Shown piece by piece: positions 6,912 through 17,020 of a stretch of DNA of 32,000 bases (positions within the stretch are counted from its first letter, which is position 1; the number at the start of each line of letters is the position of its first letter). A program made the position numbers and the translations under genes. The stretch is taken from NCBI GenBank assembly GCA_002952755.1, contig CP025011.1:180001-212000 (forward strand), written 5' to 3'. Under the pieces are notes generated by a model. That model was not told the origin of the DNA. It was given only the letters and a program-made list of their open reading frames with translations, and did not search any database. This stretch comes from Candidatus Saccharimonadota bacterium. GTDB lineage: Bacteria; Patescibacteriota; Saccharimonadia; Saccharimonadales; UBA4665.

Positions 6912-8389
6912 GAATGTACGATCACTGGCGTGCCGATCGGCGCCCATGCGTATAGCCAGGCACTATCGTCTACCGGAATACCGACACAGCCGTGCGAGCT
7001 ATTGACCAAGCCAAAATAACTGGCCGGCCGCCAGTAGTTACCGTGAATTGCATAGTCGGCATAGAAGTAATTGACGTACGGAACATGCGGCTGAAAATAA
7101 CGCGAGCCGTCGACATTCTCGCCAAACATATCCTGGCTGACATATTTGGCATAGATAGCGAAGCGACCGAGGATGGTGGGCGTGGCTGGTGCGCCGGCGG
7201 TGACAGAGTAGTTGCGAACCAGCTCACCTTGGTCATAGGCGTATAACTGTTTGGTAGCCACGTTCACTTCAATCCATTTGCCAGTCGTTGGTGCGGTAAT
7301 GGTGCGGAAAGGGGTTGCCGTTGTAGTGAGCGCGAGATCCTGGCTGGTGTGATTGAGTAAGTTACTGCTCAGTGTGTCTGCTGTATTCTGGGTATTACTA
7401 ACTTGCAAGCCCTGCTGTCCTTCAGACAGAATCTCGCCTGATACATCTAAAATCTGCGGCTTGGCAGGCTGTGTATATGACGACGCAAGGGCGTCGAAAT
7501 ATCTTCGCACTTGGTTGTTATCTATCCCGATGGCCACGCCGGCTGCATTGTCGTTAGTGAGTGTCAGCCATCCACCAATGTCCACCGCGCTGGGTGTAAT
7601 TACCTGGCCGGCGATATGTATAGTAATTTTTTGTCGTAGTATCGCTGTCAACTTTGCTTGGACGGGCAGGAGCTTTTGCATGGTAATCGTGGGCGCCAGA
7701 GCGATGGGTTGCATGGTAACCGGCTTAGTTTGCATCTGTTGGGCTGCCTCCAGAATAGTCTGGTCCGCATCAGCTGGACCGTATGCTTTGCCAGGCATCT
7801 CGGCATCCAGAGAAGCTACTCCATTGGTGATGTGAAGAGACGCGTCGTGTGGAGGTACGGTCACAATGGTCGCGTCACGACTGGTGAATTGGCTAAGGGT
7901 GCTGCTGTGTATGACTCCCAATATAGTTATATGCACCGGCTGCCACCATGCGAAGCGATGGCGCCAGCTGTGCTGATTTTTGTGGAGCGCCTGCAAGCTA
8001 CGTGCAATATCGGGCTGCAGGCCGATTGCCGCTAGCGGAAACGCTTTCGTCGAATGGTTTGGGTATGCGATGGACAAGCGGTAGTTAGCACTAGCCTGCT
8101 GGACATCTCTTTGGAGTGCCGTATTGGTTATATGTCCGGAGAATATTTGGTCGCCAATAGCAATGCGAGTATAGAGTAGGTTGCCCGCAACCCAGGTTAG
8201 CCCAACGATACTCAAGGTAATGCCCGTAGCTATAGCGGCTGGTCGCCATCGATGCGAGTGGCCATGGCTCCCAGGCGTCACAGAGGGATTCTTTTCACGC
8301 CCACTTCCGGTTGATTCCGATGGCGAATCATTAGCAACAACTATCTTAGCTGAGCCTCGGGTGCTTTTATCCTGTTTTTTCTTTTTCAA
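6908..8389 (-). CDS. Membrane-anchored L,D-transpeptidase (YkuD domain)
   Basis: N-terminal Lys-rich tail and one TM helix. C-terminal YkuD-like catalytic region (AIHGNYW...NSSHGCVGIPVDDSAWLY). Its stop codon overlaps the stop of the convergent gene (TTAG). Confidence 0.8.
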   Translation of the reverse strand: MKKKKQDKSTRGSAKIVVANDSPSESTGSGREKNPSVTPGSHGHSHRWRPAAIATGITLSIVGLTWVAGNLLYTRIAIGDQIFSGHITNTALQRDVQQASANYRLSIAYPNHSTKAFPLAAIGLQPDIARSLQALHKNQHSWRHRFAWWQPVHITILGVIHSSTLSQFTSRDATIVTVPPHDASLHITNGVASLDAEMPGKAYGPADADQTILEAAQQMQTKPVTMQPIALAPTITMQKLLPVQAKLTAILRQKITIHIAGQVITPSAVDIGGWLTLTNDNAAGVAIGIDNNQVRRYFDALASSYTQPAKPQILDVSGEILSEGQQGLQVSNTQNTADTLSSNLLNHTSQDLALTTTATPFRTITAPTTGKWIEVNVATKQLYAYDQGELVRNYSVTAGAPATPTILGRFAIYAKYVSQDMFGENVDGSRYFQPHVPYVNYFYADYAIHGNYWRPASYFGLVNSSHGCVGIPVDDSAWLYAWAPIGTPVIVHS

Positions 8390-8474
8390 TTTCTAAAGCC
8401 CACATCACACTGCCAATGGCTAGTATACCGGGCTGGAATGTAAAAATATACTGCTTCCTGAGCGTCCCCGGGGG

Positions 8475-8711
8475 CTAGTGTGACTGAGTGTGACGCAGTC
8501 GCCGTTTTTTGAGGCGATCATGGAGTATAGGAAGAGTGACCGCCTGCACAACCTCGCCGGCGGCAACCACGGTTAACGCCGCGGCAGCTACCGGCGGCGC
8601 TAAAATCACTCCGGCTCCTGCTAGTGCGGCGAGCCCGATGCTCTTTTTCACGCCCAGGCGCGTCAATTTTTCCAGCTTACCTTCGCCGGTATAACCTTCG
8701 CCTTTGCTCAT
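8475..8711 (-). CDS. Small hypothetical membrane protein (78 aa)
   Basis: ORF with an Ala/Gly-rich hydrophobic core (IGLAALAGAGVILAPPVAAAALTVVAAG) and a basic C-terminus. No recognisable family. Confidence 0.4.
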   Translation of the reverse strand: MSKGEGYTGEGKLEKLTRLGVKKSIGLAALAGAGVILAPPVAAAALTVVAAGEVVQAVTLPILHDRLKKRRLRHTQSH

Positions 8712-8718
8712 AGCTATA

Positions 8719-8745
8719 TTGTATCTTATCGTTCCCTGTTATAAT
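8719..8745 (+). promoter_or_regulatory. Candidate promoter for tRNA-Arg
   Basis: TTGTAT (8719-8724), 15 nt, TGT-TATAAT (extended -10; TATAAT at 8740-8745). It ends 12 nt upstream of the tRNA 5' end. Confidence 0.35.
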
Positions 8746-8757
8746 GCTTTCCAGCGC

Positions 8758-8834
8758 GCGCCCGTAGCTCAGTGGATTAGAGTACTTGGCTTCGAACCAA
8801 GGGGTCGCAGGTTCGAATCCTGCCGGGCGTACCA
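8758..8834 (+). tRNA. tRNA-Arg (anticodon TCG), CCA encoded
   Basis: Manual cloverleaf. Acceptor stem GCGCCCG / CGGGCGT, D-arm GCTC-AGTGGATT-AGAG region, anticodon stem CTTGG / CCAAG with loop CTTCGAA, T-arm GCAGG-TTCGAAT-CCTGC, discriminator A, then CCA. Confidence 0.9.
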
Positions 8835-8884
8835 CGAAAAAAGAGCAAGCGACCTTTTAGGGTCGTTTTTTCGTGGTACGCCCG
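8825..8884 (+). terminator. Nested hairpin / terminator that includes the tRNA 3' end
   Basis: 19-bp perfect inverted repeat: CGGGCGTACCACGAAAAAA (8825-8843) and TTTTTTCGTGGTACGCCCG (8866-8884). It encloses a small hairpin, CGACC-TTTTAG-GGTCG, that is followed by a T6 run. Confidence 0.6.
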
Positions 8885-8989
8885 GGCCCCATTCTATCTT
8901 TGGTTTGCATACAGGCGAGACAGCAGAGCATTCTTCTTGCCCTTACAAAGGTTTGGGCATAGGCAGGCTGAGGTCCCTCATGGACTGTA

Positions 8990-10390
8990 TCACTCCTGCA
9001 CATGCATTGAATCATAGAGCGTAAGCAAAATGCTGGCGAGTTGGCCTCGGATAAGTTGCTGTGGCTTAACGAGCTTCGGGGCGGCTATCTGCTCGATCTT
9101 CGTTGCATTATCGTGAATGATGGCATGTAGCTCATCCGCTACGGCTCTGTTTTTAGTGTGCACAGCGAGACGATGTGTCATGCCAATAGCCACACTTCCA
9201 TAGAAAAAGCTTGTTAGTGCAGTGTTTATCAGCACAGCGCGGGACACCTCTCTTTTACTCATCGCCTCCCTTGACTTGAGAGGTAGTATGCTTTCCCATG
9301 TCTTTGCTAGGGGCAGTGCTTGATCTGCGATTAATTGATGTGACGGGTCGAGCGATGAGAGATCGAGTTTATCCCAATAGTCTAACGTGCGTCTTATGTT
9401 GTATAGACTTTCTCTCAGCATATCACTGAGTGTTTTTCTTGACTCACCTGGCATATGATCGACTGCGCTGATCTGCGGGACGGCGAAGTGTGCGGCTTCA
9501 AGCATAACGCCCCTTACCCGTTTGTTAGCCTCCTCGCCGATTTTTTGCGCGTAGCCGATTGACTGGCGTCCCGGCGGGCTCATAGCGGAGGCTTTACTCT
9601 CTCCATACTGCTCGGCATTGTAGTCGTACCATTCTTCAAATGTAGGCAGTTGGTATACACCTTTTGTAAGTTCACGCGCCATTGGCAAGTCGCCCGTGCC
9701 CGAGAGTGGCAGGTCAGGGGCTACTATCAGCAATGAGTTTTTGAGCGACCGCGCGAGAGCGAACGATGTCCCGCTTACGTACGCAGCCTGCCCACCTATG
9801 GAGGCGTTGTGTCCAGAGAAGACTACGTCCGGAAGTCGGTGAGCAATAATATCCATGCTCGCTCGTGTCGCGGGAAGCGGATGGTTCTGAGCCGCTTCCC
9901 TATACTCTACGGGATAAGTGTGATCTACCACTTGGTCACTACGGAATGTACCTAAGAGGCAATCCTCGATTGAGGGATTAGGTAAACCAGTCCAGGTATT
10001 CAATTGGGAAGTGGCAGGATGAGCGTCGAAGAAGCTAATCGCACTGCAGCCGAGTTGTTGCAATAACCGTGTGGTCGTTGCAACGCGAAGTAATTCTTGG
10101 GCTGTATTGACGGCCACCTTCTCATTTTCGTCAACATTCATTTTTACATATAAAACGCCATCACCCTTGGGGTCAGGAAGTTCTATAGTGCAGGATTCAA
10201 AATTTTTTGTGCTACCGTCAAGATCGGTATATGTATGATCAGTAGGCTCGACAGAGAGCACAGCGCCCTCTTCTCCTGGATCTTGACCCTTGAACCACTC
10301 TGAAAATCCTCCTAACTCGTAGTGAGGGTAGTCAGGAACACTCATCACTGCCTCCGCAATGCGGGGAATATCCGCTCCATGATTTGTCAT
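8990..10390 (-). CDS. Hypothetical protein (466 aa), no recognisable family
   Basis: Long uninterrupted ORF with protein-like composition. No signal peptide or TM helix, and no motif I can assign. Confidence 0.6.
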   Translation of the reverse strand: MTNHGADIPRIAEAVMSVPDYPHYELGGFSEWFKGQDPGEEGAVLSVEPTDHTYTDLDGSTKNFESCTIELPDPKGDGVLYVKMNVDENEKVAVNTAQELLRVATTTRLLQQLGCSAISFFDAHPATSQLNTWTGLPNPSIEDCLLGTFRSDQVVDHTYPVEYREAAQNHPLPATRASMDIIAHRLPDVVFSGHNASIGGQAAYVSGTSFALARSLKNSLLIVAPDLPLSGTGDLPMARELTKGVYQLPTFEEWYDYNAEQYGESKASAMSPPGRQSIGYAQKIGEEANKRVRGVMLEAAHFAVPQISAVDHMPGESRKTLSDMLRESLYNIRRTLDYWDKLDLSSLDPSHQLIADQALPLAKTWESILPLKSREAMSKREVSRAVLINTALTSFFYGSVAIGMTHRLAVHTKNRAVADELHAIIHDNATKIEQIAAPKLVKPQQLIRGQLASILLTLYDSMHVQE

Positions 10391-10579
10391 GCGGGCACTG
10401 TAGCAATTTTCTTGTTTAGTAACAAGCTGGCTAAGAAAGAGGGGGGGTTCGGCAGGAGGTATAGCAGGCTTTTTGATTTACTCAAGGGCAAGGCAACCGC
10501 TGCTATAACGAATCACGATTTTTACCGAAGCTGTTCGGTAATTGGGGAGGATGGTCGAGCCATTTGCTATACTCGACAT

Positions 10580-11592
<1,013 letters not shown>

Positions 11593-11721
11593 TAAAGTGG
11601 CCGCGAGCGGTGTCTGCTCGCCCTTGGCTATCTGTACATCCCGCTCAACCCTAAGTTAGGAGTTTTCAGTTCAATAGATAATAGATAGGTTGCTGTACGG
11701 AGATATCTATTCCTCATGATA

Positions 11722-12693
11722 TTAGTAAAAACGAGGCTGTCGGGGACCCAGGGCACCTACATACTGAATGACTTCAGCACATGCGTTGGCCGCGCTTTTT
11801 AAGATGTCTAATGAGTCCCAGCCCTGCAATAGGCCATGGACTGTGGCACCATAAGCACATTCACCGGCACCGGTGGTATCGACTATCCTTTTCGCTTTTA
11901 CCGCGGGGCAGGAAGCCACTTCTTTTACGCCTCTTTGTGCGAGACAGGCACCTTCGGCACCTCCGGTAACCAAGACGTTATCTGCGAACTGAGTACCCTC
12001 CAGGGCGTCCTTTTCTATCGATCCTCTGCCGAATAGCGCGTCGGCTTCTTTTTTATTCACAGCCAGCAGAAATAGTCTCCGTTCATCTAGCTTCCGCCGC
12101 ACTACTTCCGGATTTTTTATGGTCTCTGTGTGGCTCGGCGTATATGAGAGTTTGAGCCCCTCTTCCATCTGATACAGTAAATCCAAAAGAGCGAGTTTTC
12201 CTGAAGCTACCACTATATCTGCGCCTACCCCAATTTCGGGATCGAGATATTCCTCAATCGAGTCACGCTGACTCCCTCGTGAGGCACTGTCTCCGTGTGA
12301 AAAGAGGTCAATAACACAGCCGCCGACTACATGGTGAGGCTTTTTGATTACGTGGGATGTAAAAGGCAGGGCTGTCATTTGACGGTAAAAGATATCGCTC
12401 ACCGGATCGCCATCTTCGCCGATAACAGTGTAGGCGTGGACATCGTATGCGCCGGTGCGGGCCAGGTAATCAATAATGCCGACGCTTCCGCCACCAATGC
12501 ACACCGCTTCGTTCGTTAGTACGCCTTGTTCGTAGCTATTTAGTGCGCCGAAGAAAGCGGCCTGGTCGTTATCGTTCCATGCTGATTTAGTGCCGGCCCC
12601 GTCGTGTGCGTCGGGAGAGAATCTACAAACATCCAGCCCAGGACTCAACAGGCCGACAACCTTCGGTTTTGGCTCTAGAGATATCACGCTCAT
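11722..12693 (-). CDS. PfkB-family (ribokinase-like) carbohydrate kinase
   Basis: 323-aa ORF carrying the C-terminal PfkB signature VDTTGAGECAYGATVHGLLQG and an upstream GG-containing region. Substrate unknown. Confidence 0.75.
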   Translation of the reverse strand: MSVISLEPKPKVVGLLSPGLDVCRFSPDAHDGAGTKSAWNDNDQAAFFGALNSYEQGVLTNEAVCIGGGSVGIIDYLARTGAYDVHAYTVIGEDGDPVSDIFYRQMTALPFTSHVIKKPHHVVGGCVIDLFSHGDSASRGSQRDSIEEYLDPEIGVGADIVVASGKLALLDLLYQMEEGLKLSYTPSHTETIKNPEVVRRKLDERRLFLLAVNKKEADALFGRGSIEKDALEGTQFADNVLVTGGAEGACLAQRGVKEVASCPAVKAKRIVDTTGAGECAYGATVHGLLQGWDSLDILKSAANACAEVIQYVGALGPRQPRFY

Positions 12694-12787
12694 TCCGCAA
12701 TCTATAATACAGTATCACCCTTAGCTGCCAACCTGAGTGACGTTTTTTGGCTGAATTAGTAGGCTAAAAGGAGTGTCAGCCGATTAA

Positions 12788-13525
12788 TTATTTTGTGCTA
12801 GCCTTGCCTTTTGCGGCGCGCGGCAGAATACCAAAGGTAAGCAAGAGAGCGTAGAGCACGGCAAAGCCGCACATGATGCTTGGGATGCCCGATATTGTCT
12901 TGGGGCTTAGATCGTTGACTATCCCGGTGGGAAGTACGAATATCAAAAAGCCAACGGCCTGCAGGATCAGCGCCTCGCGCTTTACGACCGAAGCGTTACT
13001 CGCATAATACAGCGCCAAACCAATGCCCATGAAGAGCCAGAAGTAGTAGTAACCGAAGTAGATACCACCTAAGTGTGGAGCTAACTGAAAGATGGCGTAA
13101 TTGCCGGCGCATACGTGGCTATGAAAGGCATGCCTGCCCAGGCCAAAGATCCCGGCAAATGATAGGCCGGAAAGATACGCCAGCCACACCGCTATTCGAG
13201 GCCCCCGGCCAGCAATGACGCGCACTAGATGAATGCCGAGCGGTGGCAGCATGGTAATGGCGATAAATCCGATGCGCGCCCACATACCAGCACCGTTGCC
13301 GTAGTCGCATACCCTAAATTCAGCGAGCTGAAAAATGGCCAGCAGGCCAAGTGTGGCGGTAGCTAGTCGTGTGAGTGTATTCATCTTATAGCGAAATACA
13401 GTGTAGACGAGCATGGCAGACTCGATGATGAAGGTAGCAATCATTACGGGTGGCGAAAAGCAGAAGAAGGTTGTGTCGTTCTTTTTCATTATCTTAAGCA
13501 TAACAAAAAAATGGCAAAACGGCAT
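12788..13525 (-). CDS. Polytopic integral membrane protein (about 7 TM), unknown function
   Basis: 245-aa hydrophobic ORF. The start is uncertain (ATG at 13525, 13501 or 13489). It lies 21 nt downstream of hairpin element copy 1. Confidence 0.65.
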   Translation of the reverse strand: MPFCHFFVMLKIMKKNDTTFFCFSPPVMIATFIIESAMLVYTVFRYKMNTLTRLATATLGLLAIFQLAEFRVCDYGNGAGMWARIGFIAITMLPPLGIHLVRVIAGRGPRIAVWLAYLSGLSFAGIFGLGRHAFHSHVCAGNYAIFQLAPHLGGIYFGYYYFWLFMGIGLALYYASNASVVKREALILQAVGFLIFVLPTGIVNDLSPKTISGIPSIMCGFAVLYALLLTFGILPRAAKGKASTK

Positions 13526-13546
13526 TTACTTCTAGGCGACCGGAAT

Positions 13547-13653
13547 CACCCCTGCCTGCCCGTGCCCAAGTAGAGTCAGGCGTAGTGCAGCCAGACCGAC
13601 TTTTAGTCGGCCTGCGCGAAAACGCTCTACTTGGGCACGGGCAGGCAGGGGTG
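13547..13653 (-). repeat. Hairpin element copy 1: 29-bp perfect outer stem around a conserved 61-nt core
   Basis: CACCCCTGCCTGCCCGTGCCCAAGTAGAG (13547-13575) is the exact reverse complement of 13625-13653. The core (13570-13630) matches the reverse complement of 17854-17913 at 56 of 61 aligned positions. Confidence 0.9.
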
Positions 13654-13758
13654 GTGGCCTATTCATAATCAAGAAGTTTTGGTTTTGCTAGAGATCCTTA
13701 TACAATAAGATGCGTAACGCATGCGCAGCATGCAGAGCTACCGGGGGCAGATAGCACT

Positions 13759-15474
13759 ATGACACAAAAAGCGCGGACTCGATTCTGGGATACGCTTACG
13801 CATAGCCGTTTATCGCCAGACACTGGGCCCTACGGCCAAGCTTATGTCATCAATATGTACAGCTTGCTGGCTTTTTTGTCGCTTACGATTTTTGGCATAT
13901 TACATCTGACCGCCGATCATACACCGCGGATTGGCTATTTAGAGCTCGGCTGCGCTGCAGTTATGTTGCTGAATATCGGGTTGCTATATGCAAGTCAGGA
14001 TCTGGTAGTAGGCCGCACCATTTTATTGTCTACTATTATGGCCGGGTTAGTTGTGATGTTAGGGACGGGTGGCACCCAGGGTACGGGTATTTTTTGGTTT
14101 TTTGTATTTCCGGTGGGTGCCTTTTTTGTAGCGGGGAAGAAACAGGGTATGCGCTGGGTGATAGCCCTCTTTTTGGTAGTGCTCGCATTACTTGGGTTGG
14201 CGCAAGCCGATGTGGTCAATTTGTTTTATTCATTTATAACTATCAGGCAGTTGCTGGTGAGCCTAGCAGTGGTTGCAGCCGGGATATATGTATATGAGCG
14301 TTCGAGGGAGCAGCTCGAGCAACAGACACGCACCGACGAGCACGATTTACGCGAAGAGAAGGTTCTTGCTGGAACGATCTTAGAGAATATCGATGAGGGC
14401 GTCGTAGCTATAAACAAGCAAGGGCGGGTAATACTAATGAATCAGCCGGCCGAGCAAATGCTCGGTTGGAGCCGCGACGATTTGATGGGCAAGAAGTTCG
14501 TTGAGATGGTGCCATTGATTGATCATAAAGGTAAGCGGGTGAAATCAACCGACCGTCCGATACATCGGGCGTTGGAAGGCCCTATCGGTAATTTGTCGCT
14601 AACCTATGTGCGTAAGGATGGTAGCAAATTCCCGGTGGTTATGTCTGGCAGGTCAATTATGGTAGATGGTAAAGTGCAGGGCGCGATTGGTACGTTTCGC
14701 GATGTGACCGAGGAGCGGAATATTGACCGGGCCAAGACTGAATTTGTGACGCTAGCCTCACACCAGTTGCGGACGCCGCTATCGGCTATCGCCTGGTTTA
14801 GCGAGATGTTGTTGAATGGTGATGTGGGTAAACTGAGCGACGCCCAGCGCGAGCCGATCGAGCAGATTTATCACAGTAATCAACGTTCGGCAGCGATCGT
14901 TGACGCCATGCTGACCGTCTCCAACGTTGAGCTTGACAAGGTGACGGTGAGCCCTGAGGTTGTTGATCTCCCCGCACTCTGCCATAAGGTGCTGAATGAA
15001 GTGGGAAGTGCATTGCTGAGTGAAAAAGAGCTGCACATTCGTGAAGAGTACGCCCCTGACCTGTCGAACCTAAAGCTCGACCCTGCTCTTACGAAAACAA
15101 TGCTTCAAATTATTATCTCCAACGCGCTAAAATATACGCCAAACGGTGGTTCTGTAACGATTAAGATTCTAAAAAGCGCCGAAAAGCTTTCGCTTTCCAG
15201 TCGGGGTAGTGTGCGGATAGATGTGACCGACACTGGATATGGCGTCCCAAAAGCTGAACACAAGAAAATCTTTGAAAAACTCTTCAGGGGTACTAATATA
15301 AGATCAAAAGATACTGATGGGACAGGGTTGGGATTGTACATTGTGAAATCACTTTTGGAACAAGCGGGCGGGGTCATTCGATTTACATCTGAAGAAGATA
15401 AGGGCAGTACTTTTTCTATTGTGCTGCCCCTGGAAGGCATGAAGCGCAAAGGGCCGGGTACGGCTCATGTTTAG
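13759..15474 (+). CDS. PAS-domain sensor histidine kinase (membrane-bound)
   Basis: About 5 N-terminal TM helices, a PAS region (ILENIDEGVVAINKQGRVILMNQPAEQMLGW...), an H-box (LASHQLRTPLSAI) and HATPase_c motifs (ISNALKYTP...DTGYGVP...GTGLGLYIV). Confidence 0.92.
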   Translation: MTQKARTRFWDTLTHSRLSPDTGPYGQAYVINMYSLLAFLSLTIFGILHLTADHTPRIGYLELGCAAVMLLNIGLLYASQDLVVGRTILLSTIMAGLVVMLGTGGTQGTGIFWFFVFPVGAFFVAGKKQGMRWVIALFLVVLALLGLAQADVVNLFYSFITIRQLLVSLAVVAAGIYVYERSREQLEQQTRTDEHDLREEKVLAGTILENIDEGVVAINKQGRVILMNQPAEQMLGWSRDDLMGKKFVEMVPLIDHKGKRVKSTDRPIHRALEGPIGNLSLTYVRKDGSKFPVVMSGRSIMVDGKVQGAIGTFRDVTEERNIDRAKTEFVTLASHQLRTPLSAIAWFSEMLLNGDVGKLSDAQREPIEQIYHSNQRSAAIVDAMLTVSNVELDKVTVSPEVVDLPALCHKVLNEVGSALLSEKELHIREEYAPDLSNLKLDPALTKTMLQIIISNALKYTPNGGSVTIKILKSAEKLSLSSRGSVRIDVTDTGYGVPKAEHKKIFEKLFRGTNIRSKDTDGTGLGLYIVKSLLEQAGGVIRFTSEEDKGSTFSIVLPLEGMKRKGPGTAHV

Positions 15475-16954
15475 AAAAATGTCGCTGCAAGCCAAGATGA
15501 TATTCGCGTTTCTATCGTTAACGCTGCTCGTTGATGCCGGCAGCTACTATTTAATCCTCGTTTTGGATCACAGCAATAACCTCACATTGACAGCAGACCA
15601 TCTGACAGTATCGATAGCTACGTTTGCGGTTTTGGTCTCAGCTTTTGCGGTAGCGCTAGGGACATTTCTGGCAATTTGGCTTGGACGATCCATCTCAAAG
15701 CTGAAGGGTGGCGCCGAGCGGATCGCGGATGGAGACTTTTCGCGTCCAATTCCAGTGAATTCCGAGGATGATTTTGGCAAATTAGCACTGGCTTTTAACG
15801 CAATGGCGGAGCGTCACAAGGATGCCTATCGCCGCCTGGCTGTCGAGAGACAACGCGACGAGGCAATACTTCAGAGCATGAGTGAAGGTTTGCTAGCGGT
15901 AGACGAAAACGGAACAGTGGTGTTGGCCAACGATGTGGCGGTCGCCTTACTTGACCTCGAGAGTCAAGAAGCAGCAATTGGCAAAGACAGCAAAACTATT
16001 CTCAAACTCTATTCACAAAATGTGCAGGAAACCAAACCATTACCGCTCAAAGAACAGCCTGTGCATAGTGCGCTCTCTACCGGGCGTGCCGTCAGCGATA
16101 TATTCGCATTCCATAAAGTTAGCGGCGAGAAATTTCTGCTGAATGTGAGCGCCAATCCGATCCGCCTCGACGAAAAAACAATCGGAGCTATTTTAGTAGT
16201 CCGCGATGTGACGAAAGAGCGGGAAATAGACCGTATGAAAACCGAGTTCATCTCGCTCGCCTCACACCAATTGCGGACGCCGCTATCGGCCATTAAATGG
16301 TTTAGCGAGATGCTGCTCTCTGGCGACGCCGGTAAGCTCAAAGGCGATCAGGTTGATTTTGCACAGAATATTGCCGACTCTACTCAGCGTATGATCGAGT
16401 TGGTCAATTCATTGCTCAATATTTCACGTATCGAATCGGGCCGGATTATGGTAACGCCACAGCCGACCGACCTGAAGGAACTTGTGTCGGGTATTGTGAG
16501 CGACCTCAAGGGCAAAACTGAGCAGAAAAAGCAGTCGCTAGTGATTAGTGTCCATCAGGATTTGCCAAAGATTAAGCTCGATCCGCGCCTGATTGGCCAG
16601 GTGTACCTCAATCTATTGACCAATGCCATTAAATACACTCCCAAAGGCGGCGAGATCTCGGTATTTATCTCCCGTAAGGGCGACCAAGTAATTTCGCAGG
16701 TAACAGACAATGGGTACGGCATACCAAAAGATCAGCAGGACCGCGTGTTCCAGAAGTTCTTCCGTGCAGCTAATGCAGTAAAGGTGGAGACAGACGGCAC
16801 GGGCCTCGGGTTGTATCTTATTAAGGCGGTTATCGAATCGTCGGGCGGTAAGATATGGTTTGAGAGTGAGGAGGGGAAGGGAACGACATTTTGGTTTAGT
16901 ATTCCGATGAGTGGCATGAAGGCCAAGAAAGGTGAGGTGACGCTCGATGCATAG
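15467..16954 (+). CDS. HAMP/PAS sensor histidine kinase, paralog of the upstream HK
   Basis: Its start overlaps the upstream stop by 8 nt. Two TM helices, a HAMP-like region (IADGDFSRPIPVNSEDDFGKLALAFNAMAE), a PAS domain, the same H-box (LASHQLRTPLSAI) and HATPase_c motifs. Confidence 0.92.
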   Translation: MFRKMSLQAKMIFAFLSLTLLVDAGSYYLILVLDHSNNLTLTADHLTVSIATFAVLVSAFAVALGTFLAIWLGRSISKLKGGAERIADGDFSRPIPVNSEDDFGKLALAFNAMAERHKDAYRRLAVERQRDEAILQSMSEGLLAVDENGTVVLANDVAVALLDLESQEAAIGKDSKTILKLYSQNVQETKPLPLKEQPVHSALSTGRAVSDIFAFHKVSGEKFLLNVSANPIRLDEKTIGAILVVRDVTKEREIDRMKTEFISLASHQLRTPLSAIKWFSEMLLSGDAGKLKGDQVDFAQNIADSTQRMIELVNSLLNISRIESGRIMVTPQPTDLKELVSGIVSDLKGKTEQKKQSLVISVHQDLPKIKLDPRLIGQVYLNLLTNAIKYTPKGGEISVFISRKGDQVISQVTDNGYGIPKDQQDRVFQKFFRAANAVKVETDGTGLGLYLIKAVIESSGGKIWFESEEGKGTTFWFSIPMSGMKAKKGEVTLDA

Positions 16955-17020
16955 TAAGCCGCAACACCGGATCTCGTATATAAGGGGAGTAATGATAATG
17001 AGCGTGGTAGGATAAAACGT

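Noticed and set aside
8825-8884. The duplicated tRNA 3' end as an attachment site of an integrated element.
   Set aside because: The duplication is inverted, not direct. It is only 22 nt away and forms a hairpin, and there is no integrase or other mobile-element gene nearby.
10322-10579. The upstream extension of the galE ORF, which the ORF track starts at 10322.
   Set aside because: The canonical GalE N-terminus MNILVTGGAGYIGSH starts at ATG 10580. The upstream 86 codons overlap the divergent gene and promoter region and look non-coding.
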